This document shows, in pieces, positions 1-12,814 of a stretch of DNA of 64,000 nucleotides; positions within the stretch are counted from its first letter, which is position 1; each line of letters starts with the position of its first letter. This DNA comes from Eledone cirrhosa. Lineage: Eukaryota. The stretch is from the NCBI GenBank assembly GCA_964016885.1, contig OZ024742.1, forward strand, positions 189,224,001 to 189,288,000. The letters run 5' to 3'. The notes under the pieces are model-generated. The model was not told the DNA's origin. It saw only the letters and a program-made list of their open reading frames with translations, and searched no databases. Made by a program: the position numbers and the translations under genes.

Positions 1-669
1 CATCCCTCCAAACCTTGTAAGCAGGGAAAATGGATATTAACTCATTAGCATTTAAATCAGCTGTATCTGGCCAGAATTGTCTCACCTCTTTCTATTCAAG
101 CTGGTTGTAACCAGCAATTCTTGCTGATGCTATGATATTGTTCTCAAAGTAAATAATATCAAAATCTCATAGATTTGATATTATGTAAGATAAAGCTTTT
201 ATCATGAAAATATAATAGTAAATATAGAGTGATGTAAATGCTAACGGGTTAATTGATGATGATAATGGGGAGACAGTTGAGGACAGAGATTAGAGTGATG
301 GAGTGGCAGAATTATTGGGATATTAGACAAAGTAGTATTTTGTATTTCTTTTGGACCCTTAGGTTTCATATTCAAATCCCATATGATGATGATAATGGGA
401 AGGTAGACAAGGACAGAGATTAAACTGATGGATTATCAGAAATATTAGGACATCAGACATAGTGGTATCTGTTGTTTATTTTGAACCCTTAAGATTTGTG
501 TTCAAATCCCAGATGGATTCAATAAAATAAAGAACTAGTTCAGTAGTGGGACCAATATATAACAGACATTTCTCTGCACTAAAATTGTTGGTTGTTGATA
601 ATTTACACTTTATATTCAAAAATAAAGTGTAAATTATCCATCATATGTGTAATATTAAGGTACATACAT

Positions 670-965
670 TGGCAGTGTCGGTGGAGCATTGGACAACATG
701 CTTTAAGGCATAGAGTTACTCCCCTTTACAATCTGAGTTCAAATCCTGCCAACGTTAACTTTGTAATGTGGCCGTGTAGGTAACATGTTAAAAAGTTCCC
801 AGTCCACACTGTAAATGTGGTTGGTGTTGGGAAGGGCTTTCAGCCAGATAGTCCTATATGAGCAAGACACGGTCACTCGACCAAGCTTGCCTCAAGTGGG
901 ACATCTCCTGTCTAACCCATGCTAGCGTGGAAGATGGATGTTAAACGATGATGATGATGATGATG
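670..965 (+). mobile_element. tRNA-derived SINE head fused to RTE LINE 3' tail ending in (GAT)n
   Basis: 670-762 matches the SINE 5' part (GGCAGTGTCGGT...GAGTTCAAATCC). 763-965 matches the 3' UTR of the RTE at 10794-10998. Confidence 0.7.
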
Positions 966-1424
966 ATATATATATATATACATATATGTATATATACATA
1001 TATGTATATATACATATATGTATATATATATATATGTATAAATACATATATGTATATATATATTTTATATATGTATGTGTGTCTGTTTGCCCATGAAATG
1101 ATGATAGGATGGGCAATAAACTGAAAAGCTCTTCAAAGCTCTGAGTCATATGAGGTTGATGTGTTGTCTAGACAGGAGATAATTGTTTCTACCTTAGGCA
1201 CAAGGCCAGCAATTACAAGTGAATTGCTGGTACTTTATTTTATCAGGAAATAATACTAAATACAAACTAACTCAGATCATGACATCCTGTCTAACATATA
1301 CAAGCATGAAAAGCAAATTTAAATTAAAAATATACATATACACAAGGGCGGTGCCCCAGCATGGCCTCAGCCGGATGGCTGAAACAGGTAAAAGAGTAAA
1401 AGAGTATATATATATATAGATATA

Positions 1425-1580
1425 TATCATCATCATCATCATTTTACATCCGCTTTTCCCTGCTTGCAAGGGTGGGACGGGAACTGATTCTGGCTTGATT
1501 TCTACAGCTGGATGCCCTTCCTAACACCAACCTCATTTACAATGAGTGCTGGGTGCTTTTTTGCCATGGCACCTCCACGA
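1425..1580 (-). mobile_element. RTE-type LINE/SINE 3' tail (similar copies at 12181-12350 -, 2785-2950 +, 3575-3650 +)
   Basis: Shared GGTGTTAGGAAGGGCATCCAGC motif and terminal (GAT)n. Confidence 0.7.
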
Positions 1581-1779
1581 CCACTTTGCAGTGGAATGAT
1601 AGGGACCCCTGTCCCTATCATCTCATTTCCACAGCTGAGTAAACTGGAGCAATGTAAAATAAAGTGTCTTGCTCAAGGAAACACATCACCTTGTCTGAGA
1701 ATTGAACTCACAACCTTTCGATTACAAGCCCAATGCTCTAACCACTAAGCCATATGCCTCCATGTATGTATGTATATAC

Positions 1780-1828
<49 letters not shown>

Positions 1829-1835
1829 AATATAT

Positions 1836-1890
<55 letters not shown>

Positions 1891-1946
1891 TATGTATATG
1901 TCTATATATATATATATAAGTGTGTGTGTATATATATATATATATA

Positions 1947-2368
1947 TTTATTAAAATAACAGATTAAAGTTTAAGCAAAGAATCTATGAACCACCTAAGA
2001 GAACATTAGTCTACGACTTCTTTTATACCATAAACGTGGTCCTGTCTTTGCGAGTAATTGTTTTTCACCGCTCCAAATAATGACGTATTATATTCGTTTT
2101 TTCCTGTTCTTTGCCAGGGAACGTTTCCACGAACCAAAGTATCGTCTTCCTGTCTTCCTCCAGTTGCAACGTTTTTTGAAATATCCACTTCTGCGTTTAC
2201 AGATTGATTTGTTAGTTTCAGATCCCGTTAAGGGTGAAAGCAGCGATTCTTTGCTTAAACTTTAATCTGTTATTTTAATAAATATTTGCTCTACGGTTCT
2301 TATATATTTGATATATATTTATCCTTATCGAGCCCTCTTTGGATTTTAGTCTTCAAATTTATTATTAT

Positions 2369-2372
<4 letters not shown>
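1947..2372 (+). mobile_element. Solo Penelope-type pseudo-LTR with short inverted 5' copy, in (TA)n
   Basis: 1985-2372 is the reverse complement of the 3' repeat (about 6942-7470) of the GIY-YIG element. 1947-1984 (TTTATTAAAATAACAGATTAAAGTTTAAGCAAAGAATC) is an inverted copy of about 2246-2284. TA tracts lie on both sides. Confidence 0.8.
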
Positions 2373-2450
<78 letters not shown>

Positions 2451-2687
2451 TATATATATGTATGTATATATATATGTATCCTCACCATCGTTATGCCCAT
2501 TACGAGCTGAGGATGCGCTAAGGTGAACAATTGTTCTCGGTATGGTGAACTAATGGTAGAAGTATGGTAGAAGTGGTTACATAACAGTGTAACCACTTCT
2601 ACCTAACTCGTCCCTTGGACTCAGTGCTCTACCACTACGGATATTACCTTCCAGTGTTCTACCATTATATATATATATATATATGTG

Positions 2688-2718
<31 letters not shown>

Positions 2719-2743
2719 TTATATATATATATATATGTATATA

Positions 2744-2786
<43 letters not shown>

Positions 2787-2948
2787 ACACTGTAAATGTG
2801 GTTGGTGTTAGGAAGGGCATCCAGCTGTAGAAAACCCGCCAGACAGTCCTGTGCGAGCAAGACAATCACTCTTGCCTCAAGTGGGCAAACCCCCGTCCAA
2901 ACCCATGCAAGCGTGGAACACGGACGTTAAACGTTGATGATGATGATG

Positions 2949-3061
<113 letters not shown>

Positions 3062-3170
3062 AATATATATAAATATATATATATATAATAAAGAAAGATA
3101 TCTATATATATATATATATAATAAAGAAAGATATCTATATATATATATATATATAATAAAGAAAGATATC

Positions 3171-3202
<32 letters not shown>

Positions 3203-3412
3203 TAGTGGTTTTCAATATAGCCAGGGAAAGACACCACAGCTAATTATGGAATACACAAACATGCATAAATAAGTAAGATACATACATAGACACACACACA
3301 CACACATATATATAAATATATATGACTGTATTCCTTGTACATATATATACGCATGATTGTGTTTTCCATAATTAGCTGTGGTCCCTTTCCATTAATGTAT
3401 GGAAAACCATTA
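3203..3412. repeat. Imperfect inverted repeat (~63-bp arms) in (TA)n
   Basis: ACCACAGCTAATTATGGAATACACAA at ~3233 versus TTGTGTTTTCCATAATTAGCTGTGGT at ~3357. Confidence 0.75.
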
Positions 3413-3649
3413 TATATATATGTATATATGTATATATAATGAGTTCAAATCCCGCCGAGGTTAACTTTGCCTTTCATCCTTATGGGGTCGATAAAATAAA
3501 GTACCAGTAATGCACTGGTATAATTGCTGGCCTTGTGCTAAAAGTAGAAACAATTATATATATATGTATAACAGCTATGCCTTAACTTGGCTAACCCGGC
3601 CAAGTATGGAAAACCAGACGTGAAAATGTTGATGACTATGATGATGATG

Positions 3650-3686
<37 letters not shown>

Positions 3687-3788
3687 CTATTTCTATAATA
3701 AATAAGATGTTTACCATTTTCTAATGTATTGAGTACCCTTTTAACTGTGGTTACCCCCATTTTAACTTGGGATCTCTCTCTCTATATA

Positions 3789-3825
<37 letters not shown>

Positions 3826-4246
3826 GTGTGTATTTTTGCTCACTACTCAAACATCTGCTCCTTCTTCTATTCCAGCATATTCCTTCCTTGCTTCCTTTTG
3901 CAGCAGCTGCTAATTAGCAGCATGTATAGTTAATTCTATGCATGGGTGTATATATGGTTTATATATGTGTGGGATTTATATGTTAAGGAGAGATGCATTG
4001 CTTCATAATTCAACAGCAGCATGCATAAACACAGTTTGTTCTATTTCACTGCACTTCTGCTGTGATCGACTGTAAAATATTTTCCTCTATTCTAGCAGAT
4101 GTTGCAATGCAAAGATTTCAACATTTTTTATAATTGTTATGCCTATATGAGAGCGAGACTGTAGGAAGATATATGAATATATTCGTATATATATGTATAT
4201 ATATATATATATATATTCATATATTCATATATATATACACACACAC

Positions 4247-4292
<46 letters not shown>

Positions 4293-4297
4293 CTGTG

Positions 4298-4328
<31 letters not shown>

Positions 4329-4625
4329 CATCATATATATATGAGTGTGTATATGTATATATATATTTATTATCATATATATATTTATTTATATATACAT
4401 ATATATATATACACACATAGATGTATGCAAACATTGTATAGCTAGATAAGTAGATTTATTGATTAACAGTATCAATATGATCATTTGATATTGGTCTCAG
4501 TGAGTTTATATATACATATTTTTGTATTTTACTTAATCTAGCAAGTTGAGTAAAATGCTTGTGTATATGTGCATATGTATATATACATTTACATATATAT
4601 TTATATATATGCATGTGTTTGTGTA

Positions 4626-4677
<52 letters not shown>

Positions 4678-4692
4678 AATAGTGGAGAAAAT

Positions 4693-4768
<76 letters not shown>

Positions 4769-5079
4769 TATATATATGTTTGTATGTGTGTATATGTGTA
4801 TATGTGTCTGTGCTTGAGTGTGTTTGTGTATATATATGATTGTATGCATGTGTGTATTTGTGTGTGTGTGTGTTTGTATCTGGTCAGCGTATCTGATGTA
4901 CATATGAATGTGTTTCTCTTGTTATAGGTGCATATACAATAAAACCTCCTTATAGTGAACAAATAGTGGAGAAAATGTATCTGTCAATGGTAAATGTTGA
5001 TTAAGTCAAATGTAAGCTGTGGGTTAGTACAAGTGTTTTATTTTACTATGGTATGAGAGATAATCATTCAGTTATATTA

Positions 5080-5315
5080 AAATCTGTCTCAAACCAGGAG
5101 GTCCATCAGGCCGGTGTTTATCCCAGTTTCATGGCGTTAAATGACTGAGAGTACAAGACTCTCCCTTGGACATGAGGCCAGTCTGTCGCAGGAGTAAAGT
5201 CTGTCTGAAGCCTGGAGGCTTGTGGTGCCGGTACTTATCCTGGTTTCATGGCGTTAAATGACTGAGAGTACAACACTCCCCACTGGACAGGATGCCAGTC
5301 CATCGCAGCATTAAA
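5080..5315 (-). mobile_element. Two tandem 3' fragments of the SINE at 47386-47646
   Basis: Repeated GTTTCATGGCGTTAAATGACTGAGAGTACAA...GCCAGTC..TCGCAG. Confidence 0.7.
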
Positions 5316-5362
5316 ATCTTTCTCTGTATATCAAGACTCACTATTTAGTCTTAACAAATTGA

Positions 5363-5401
<39 letters not shown>

Positions 5402-5425
5402 TCTGTCTGTGTACGCATGTATATA

Positions 5426-5815
5426 TATAATAGAAAAGATGAGAAAGTTTTGTTTACATATAAAAATATTTATTGCGTATCGACCTGTTACACATGTTTC
5501 ACAGAGGATAGACTCAAGGTAACCCATAGGTGTTACAGACCCAACTCCAGTATCGATATGCTCCTCAGCCTGGTGATGCGACAAAAGATATATTTGTGTT
5601 GCATCACCAGTCTGAGGAGCATATCAATACTGGAGTTGGCTCCATAGCTTCTATGGGTCACCTTGAGCCTATCCTCTGTGAAACGTGCGTAACAGATCGA
5701 TACACAATAAATATTCTTCATATTTAAACAAAACTTCTTCGTTTTTTCTATTATATCCACTGTTCCTGTGCACAAAGTGCTTGATTTGGTACCAACAGCA
5801 GTATTTCACCGTACT
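5426..5815. mobile_element. Fold-back element (~160-bp arms, axis ~5590) with hammerhead-like core in each arm plus unpaired tail
   Basis: 5426-5585 and 5595-5755 are imperfect reverse complements. + arm has CTGAGGA (5612) ... GAAAC-GTGC-GTA (5680-5691) with a long branched helix II. Helix I has a mismatch. Confidence 0.7.
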
Positions 5816-5953
5816 ACCTACCCCGCCGAGGTTAACTTTGCCTTTCATCCTTACGAGGTCGATAAAATAAAGTACCAGTCACGCACTGGGGTCGATTTAA
5901 TCGAGTTTCTCTTCCCCAAAAATTGATGGCCTTGTGCCTATATAAGAAATCAT

Positions 5954-6008
<55 letters not shown>

Positions 6009-6197
6009 CTAAGGCGGGTAAAATTCCCGAGATCCATGGACGAGTTCTCTCCAGCGGTCTCTGTCCCTCATTATCGCTGCCATGTCCTGCGTCTCCAACA
6101 GACCAGTGTCTCTCCTTAGGGCATCAACATACGTTAACCTTGGTCTTCCTCTTCTAGTGTGTCCATGTAGGGGCTCCCAAAGGAGCACTGAGTGCAA
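6009..6197 (-). pseudogene. RTE-clade LINE ORF2 C-terminal fragment
   Basis: LHSVLLWEPLHGHTRRGRPRLTYVDALRRDTGL...FYPP*; near-identical to copies at 30389 and 35205. Confidence 0.85.
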
Positions 6198-6279
6198 TAT
6201 ATATAAACGGAAAAAATGAAACGAAATCATATACATACTACTGTACGTCTGTATACATATATGTATGTACGTATACATA

Positions 6280-6314
<35 letters not shown>

Positions 6315-6476
6315 CCGAAATTCGAATACAGCTATAGATTTAAGGTACCCATTTATGTGTGTTGTATTAAAGCGAATAACTGTGTCTACTCTGGGATTTT
6401 ACATAACATTACCTATTGAGTACGCTGAGATGCAACCGGTACTAGCAGTAAAACCCATGCTTATCCTGTCAACTTA

Positions 6477-6559
<83 letters not shown>

Positions 6560-6786
6560 ACATTATTCTATTTACTATACATGAACCTTTGATGAGTTGT
6601 AGTGCACCTGAGCATTGTATACAATAATTTTCATTGCCTTTCATCCTTACAGGGTCGATAAAATAAAAGTACCAGTAATGCACTTGTTAATTGCTGGCCT
6701 TGTGCCAAAAAAAGTAGAAACAATTATTATATATATATATATACAAATGTTATTAATAAATGTAAACTATATTTATAAAACCATAT

Positions 6787-6850
6787 TTATTTTATTATAT
6801 ATATTTCAAGGGCACCAAAAACTTTGGTACGCTCTCATCAGATAACATAC
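6787..6850 (-). ncRNA. Type I hammerhead ribozyme motif
   Basis: Minus strand: tatgttat CTGATGA gagcgtaccaa-agttt-ttggtgccctt GAAA T-ATAT-ATA ataaaata; helices I and II pair with 1 mismatch each. Confidence 0.75.
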
Positions 6851-6903
6851 AAAATTCGTTTTATAAATATTTCCAACAAATTAAATATATCTCTGCTTTT
6901 ATA

Positions 6904-6941
<38 letters not shown>

Positions 6942-7229
6942 GTAATAATAATAAATTTGAAGACTAAAATCCAAAGAGGGCTCGATAAGGATAAATATAT
7001 ATGAAATATATAAGAACCGTAGAGCAAATATTTATTAAAATAACAGATTAAAGTTTAAGCAAAGAATCGCTGCTTTCACCCTTAACGGGATCTTCTGAAA
7101 CTACCAAAGTCAATCTGTAAACGCAGAAGTGGATATTTCAAAAAACGTTGCAACCGGAGGAAGACAGGAAGACGATACTTTGGTTCGTGGAAATGTTCCC
7201 TGGCAAAGAGCAGGAAAAACAAATATAAT

Positions 7230-7357
7230 TGTTTCTACTTTAGGCACAAGGCCAGCAATTACCCAGTGCATTACTGGTACTTTATTTTATCGACCCCGTA
7301 AGGATGAAAGGCAAAGTCAACCTCGGCGGGATTTGAACTCAGATCGTAAAGGGACGT
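7230..7357 (-). mobile_element. 5'-truncated SINE inserted in the Penelope pLTR, 13-bp TSD
   Basis: AAACAAATATAAT at 7217-7229 and 7358-7370; the insertion is absent from the sister pLTR near 2090. Confidence 0.9.
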
Positions 7358-8180
7358 AAACAAATATAATACGTCATTAATAGGAGCGGTGAAAAACAAT
7401 TACACGCAAAGACAGAACCACGTTTAAGGTATAAAAGAAGTCGTAGACTAATGTTCTCTTAGGTGGTTCATAGAGACGCTCTCTGGCAATGAACGGAAAA
7501 AACGATGATAATACGTCATATGTGGAGCGTGGAGAACAATAGCACGCAAAGACAAAACCACGTAAATGGTATAGCTGAAGTCGTAGACTATAATTCTAAA
7601 TAGGAAACCGAATGAATCTCCACTTAAGAGTTAAGAATAAACTAAATAAAATACAATACAGAGGTAATAGAAATTAAATAAATACATACACGCATGCAAA
7701 TACGTACATACACAAGCATACGCGAAAACACTCGCCATAGGTATACAAAACCACGCACATACAAATGTGTGTGTGTGTGTGCGTGTATACAAATAAATAA
7801 ATAATTAAATAAACGTATATAAATAAATAAATACGTATATAACAAGCGCACACACATACCTACATGTAAATACACAAATGTTCGGAGACGTACGTCAACC
7901 AAAACATGAAGTACACATATACACACACCCTACATACGTACGAACCCGCATACTCACACAGACGCAAAACTCCCGTATACACATAACCAAACCATATGTA
8001 CCAGACTATATAAAATTATACGCCATAACATATACAATAAAATATACGTACGAGAAAGTATACGTACCTTCACAAAACATACAGGTAATATATACTTACC
8101 TATGCAAATAAGTAATGGTATAAACATAACATATACTTAGCTACCATATCAAGACGTAAAATATCGACGTATAGATCGTA

Positions 8181-8865
8181 CTATCCGTTAGGGTATAATG
8201 TGGGGCTGTAATACAGGAAAGTTGTTTGCAATTTATCTTTACAAACCGAAATTGCCTCAGATTTTTTGTTTAAGATGTAGTCTGTGGCGTAAAGTATTTC
8301 CAGGGCCTCAGTGGCGCAGAGGTCACATGGTCTTTTATTTCCGTTATACGATCTAGCCCTAGCTAGGATCTCCCAGTGTAATTTATATTGGGTGTGGTTG
8401 TCTTTTATACTCCAGATATAAGCTGAAAGTGACGTCATATACCTTCTTAGAGGGTAACGAAAAGAATGGGTATGCATGTAAAGACGCTGCTTGAATCTAT
8501 TGGCGGTTAACCCTATATAGGCTCTACGGGACGTGGGTGTTTCAACCTTACATTTGTAGACAATATTACTAGAGAGGCATTTCCCGGATAGGGGCAATCA
8601 AACCGATTCCTACAATTACAGTTAGTACTAACTACAGGGTTGAACGTGTTCATACGGCTAGGTAGTTTAGCTAAATTTGAAGCTGTGATGTTATGTGCAA
8701 GGTTAGGAGTCGTAGAGTAAGACATTTTAATAGTATTTCTATTAAAAATTTTACTATATTTATGTGTAGAGGGAAAATGCTTCGTGATAAGGGATAGAAA
8801 GATCTTAGTTAATGGTGTGGCCACCTCCTATTATATGGTGGGTTATACCAACAAATGCGACGGTT
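8181..8865 (-). pseudogene. Penelope-like RT C-terminus/linker and GIY-YIG endonuclease (frameshifted)
   Basis: WYNPPY...KHFP..HKYSKIFNRNTIKMSYS; CNCRNRFDC/PLSGKCL; IVYKCKV...AYIGLT..FKQR...H..SF; C-terminal CDLCATE. Split across two frames near 8595. Confidence 0.9.
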
Positions 8866-8939
8866 AAGGGTGAAAGCAGCGATTCTTTGCTTAAACTTGA
8901 ATCTGTTATTTTAATAATTATATATATATGTATATATAG

Positions 8940-10602
8940 CAGTGCAAGTTGAAGGTAGTATAATAAGTAAGGCGATCAAAGATATGAAGACAGGCAAGGT
9001 GGCTGGGCCTTCGGATATAGTTGCTGAAATGCTGAAAGCATCTGGAACGGTGGGACACACGATGGTCACCGGATAGTAAACCAAGTCATACAGAATGGGG
9101 TCGTACCGAAGGACTGGCGTAGCAGCATCATCAATAACTGCTACAAGGGTAAAGGAGATGCCCTAGATAGGGGAAACTATAGAGGCATTAAATTAATTGA
9201 CCAGGTCATGAAGGTCACAGAAAAAGTAATAGCGCAACTAATCAGAGAGGGAATTGATCTAGATTAAATGCAGTTCGGGTTTGTGTCAGGTAAAAGTACC
9301 ACAGACGCTCTTTTCATTGTACGACAACTACAGGAGAAGTACCTAGCTAAAAGTAAACCCCTATACTTAGCTTTTGTTGACTTGAAGAAAGCCTTTGACA
9401 GAGTCCCACGCCCTATTATCTGGTGGGTTCTCAGAAAACTAGGTGTTGATGAATGGCTTGTGAGAGCTATACAAGCCATGTATAAAGAAACAGTCAGAAA
9501 GGTTAGAATTAACAACGAATATAGTGAAGAGTTTAGCGTAAAAGTTGGTGTTCATCAGGGCTCCGTCCTTAGCCTCCTCCTATTTATTATTGCCCTTCAG
9601 GCTATAACAGAGGAGTTCAAGACTGGCTGCCCATGGGAACTCCTATACGCATATGATCTAACGCTCATAGCTGAATCAATGGCTGAACTAGAGAAGAAAT
9701 TCCAAACATGGAAACATGGGCTAGAATCAAAAGGCCTTAAAATTAACCTGTCTAAGACTAAAGTTCTAGTATGTAGGAAGGAAAATAGGGCACTGGTCCC
9801 ATCTGGGAAATGGCCATGCTCAGTGTGTAGGAAAGGAGTAAGCAGAAACTCCATTGTATGTCCTAAATGCAAAGTATGGGTGCATAAAAGATGTAGTGGG
9901 ATCACAGGTAAGCTAACTAAGAATATAGATTTTATATGTGGCCGGTGCTCGGGTGCACTAAGTAGCAGTAAGTGCCCACAGAATACTAGCTCATTCCATT
10001 GCACAGATGGTTCTATAGAAATAGTGGACACCTTCCGTTACCTGGGTGAAAAAATCAGCAGTGGTGGAGGGTGCTCTGAAAGTACAGTAGCTAGAGTCAG
10101 AATGGGATGGAAAAAGTTCAGAGAGCTTATACCACTATTGGCCGCTAAAGGTTTCTCTCTAAAAATGAAAGGCAGGCTGTATGATGCCTGCATATGAACA
10201 GCAATTTTGCATGGCAGTGAGACTTGGGCATTGTGTGCAGAGGATATACGCAGACAGGAGAGGAACGAAGCTTGCATGCTCTGTCGGATGTGTAATAGTA
10301 ATATACGTGAACGGCAAAGCATAAATGAACTAAGTGAGAAATTAGGAATAAGAGGGATCAGATGCTGTTTACTCGAGAGAAGACTACAATGGCATGGTCA
10401 CGTGATGCGCATGAAAGACGACAGCTGTATAAAAAAGAGCAGGGCGATCAAAATAGACGGTAGCCACGGAGTAGGCAGACCCAGAAAAACCTGGGACGAC
10501 TTCATAAATTCCGACCTTACACACTTACACCTCTCCAAGACAATGTCACTGGACCGAGCTCTTTGGCGCTACGCAGTAATACAGAAGACCCACCTTTCCT
10601 AA
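8940..10602 (+). pseudogene. RTE-clade LINE reverse transcriptase with PHD-like zinc finger insert; disrupted
   Basis: QFGFVSGKSTTDA, AFVDLKKAFDRV, GVHQGSVLS, LLYAYDL (YADD mutated), CSVC..CPKC..VHKRC..CGRC, HGSETW, GRPRKTW. Frameshift near 9075 and stop at 10195. Confidence 0.92.
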
Positions 10603-10993
10603 GTACAAAGTGAAACCTACAGTCAGTAGGCACCTCTTAACCAAAATAACCCCCCTCCCCCGACCCCCGTCCCACTACCCCACCCCTTCCACACCACCCC
10701 TTTCGATGTAAAGTTGTGTTGGTACCACAACATCCAGTCCTAAATAAATGAGGTCGTGTAGGTGTCACGACAAAAAAACACACAGTCCATGCTGTAATGT
10801 GGCCGTATAGGTAACACGGTAAAAACCTCCCAGTCCACACTGTAAACGTGGTTGGTGTTAGGAAGGGCATCCAGCCGTTGAAAACCTGCCAGAGAGTCCT
10901 ATACGAGCAAGACAACCAATGTTGCCTCAAGTGGGAAAATTCCCGTCCAAACCCATGCTAGCGTGGAAGATGGACGTTAAATGATGATGATGA

Positions 10994-10998
<5 letters not shown>
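10603..10998 (+). mobile_element. RTE 3' UTR with (GAT)n tail
   Basis: Follows the ORF and ends GGACGTTAAATGATGATG; shared with short copies elsewhere in the window. Confidence 0.8.
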
Positions 10999-11042
<44 letters not shown>

Positions 11043-11596
11043 GATAAATCTACCAAGAGTTTACGGTAGTGTCCAATATATATATATTTATATATGCTCA
11101 TATAGATATAGATAGATGTTATGTTGGCTTGTAGATTTAAAGGAATATAAATACCAACAAAACACAATTACTGATGTGGTGACTCCATTCCTACAGTAGA
11201 GTCATATTTATTATGTATTACATGGTTGACTGGTACTCCAATTTTCCAATTCATCATCCATACATTTGGTTATGTGTGTCTGTTTGCATATGTGATGTGT
11301 GTGTGTGAGTGTATATGTATCTGTGTCAAAATCTATGACTATCACCCATTCTGAAGCAGCGGTACAATACTATGTGACAGCAATTCTGCTTTACAACCAC
11401 CATCTCCATCACAGAATTGCTTTCTTATATGAAGAGGAAGAACAAGATTATGATCTTACGTTCTTACCACTTGGCCACAGGCAAATTAAAGAAATGCTAT
11501 TCTTTGCTAAGAAACATTAAATCAGCTGTGACAACTGTGCCAGGGTGGCATCATGATACAGTTGTCAGTTTTGCAAGGCTCCCATATGACATACAG

Positions 11597-11824
11597 CAGT
11601 GCTACTCAAAGTGGTAGTCCGCGGACCAGTGCCTGTACGCGAGCCATCAGCTACCGGTAGGCGGCCAGTGTCCAGACCATGCTAAGGAATCATTTTTTTT
11701 ATTATATTCATCTCATATATGTCGTTTCCGGTATAAATTAATATTACTACAAAATATTAGCGGTACGTGGCACATTGAAAAAAAAAATGCCGGTCCGCCA
11801 CATCAGATAGTTTGTGAAGCATTG
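11597..11824. mobile_element. hAT-type MITE
   Basis: Termini CAGTGCTACTCAAA / TTTGTGAAGCATTG; perfect 8-bp TSD ACATACAG (11589-11596, 11825-11832). Confidence 0.85.
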
Positions 11825-11829
11825 ACATA

Positions 11830-12447
11830 CAGTGTACCTCCGGCATTCCGTTCCCAGTTATTCACGGAATTTTTTTTAGAAACTAACCAATAATTGTTCG
11901 TGGAAACCTCCGCGTATTCGTGGAATTGTAAATATCTTCCGTAATTTTGTTATGGTTGTTTTTGTGGTAATATATATTTCTTCACGCTTTTTAACGCTAA
12001 ATTATTATATACTAGCAGAACGGCCTGGCGTTGCTCGGAATTTGATCTAGGGTTCTTATATATTTGATATATATTTATCCTTATCGAGCCTCGTGAAATA
12101 AATACGTTTGTTTATATTTTGTTATTCTGTATGCAAAAATATCTGTACACGAATATATAATTATATATATATATATATATCATCATTCATCATCATCATC
12201 ATCATTTCATTTTACGTCCGCTTATTCCCTGCTTGCAAGGGTGGGACGTGAACTGATTCTGGCTTGATTTCTACAGCTGGATGCCCTTCCTAACACCAAC
12301 CTCATTTACAGTGAGTGGTGGGTGCTTTTTTTGCCGTGGCACCTCCACGACTGGGGTCCCTATCATCTCATTTCTACAGCTGAGTAAACTGAAACTAAAA
12401 AAAATCAATCTGTGAACGCAGAGGTAAATATTTCGAAAAAGGTTACA

Positions 12448-12488
<41 letters not shown>

Positions 12489-12646
12489 AACACAGCGTCA
12501 TAATGTCGTAATGCAGACAGCCAGATATATTACGTTATGTTTTGATGTTTATAGACATTTTTATGGACCACGTCCAATATTCGCGGTTTCCCACTCTTCG
12601 TGGATGTTCTCGGAACATAACCACCGTGAATACCAAGGAATAACTG
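11830..12646. mobile_element. Degenerate pogo/Tigger-like non-autonomous element with nested inserts
   Basis: TA-CAGTGTACCTCCGGCATTCCG ... CGTGAATACCAAGGAATAACTG-TA, imperfect TIRs. Confidence 0.45.
12012..12045 (-). mobile_element. Helitron-like 3' terminus
   Basis: Minus strand CCGAGCAACGCCAGG hairpin followed ~8 nt later by CTAG|T. Confidence 0.55.
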
Positions 12647-12814
12647 TACTTATATATTTATTTATTTATTTATTTATTTATTTATTATTTACCTCTTTCT
12701 CTTTATCAGGAATATTTCTGTAAATATATTTAACACCTTTCCTGTTTCTTACTCCACATTTTCACTGTACTTCCCACATGCCTTGTTTTGCTGCAAACAC
12801 CTCACCTCATATCA

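Larger units (their letters stand above)
6942..8917 (-). mobile_element. 5'-truncated Penelope-like element: GIY-YIG ORF end, 3' pseudo-LTR, inverted partial pLTR at 5' junction
   Basis: 8863-8917 is an inverted copy of about 7032-7086. ORF lies at 8181-8865. Both ends sit in (TA)n. Confidence 0.85.
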
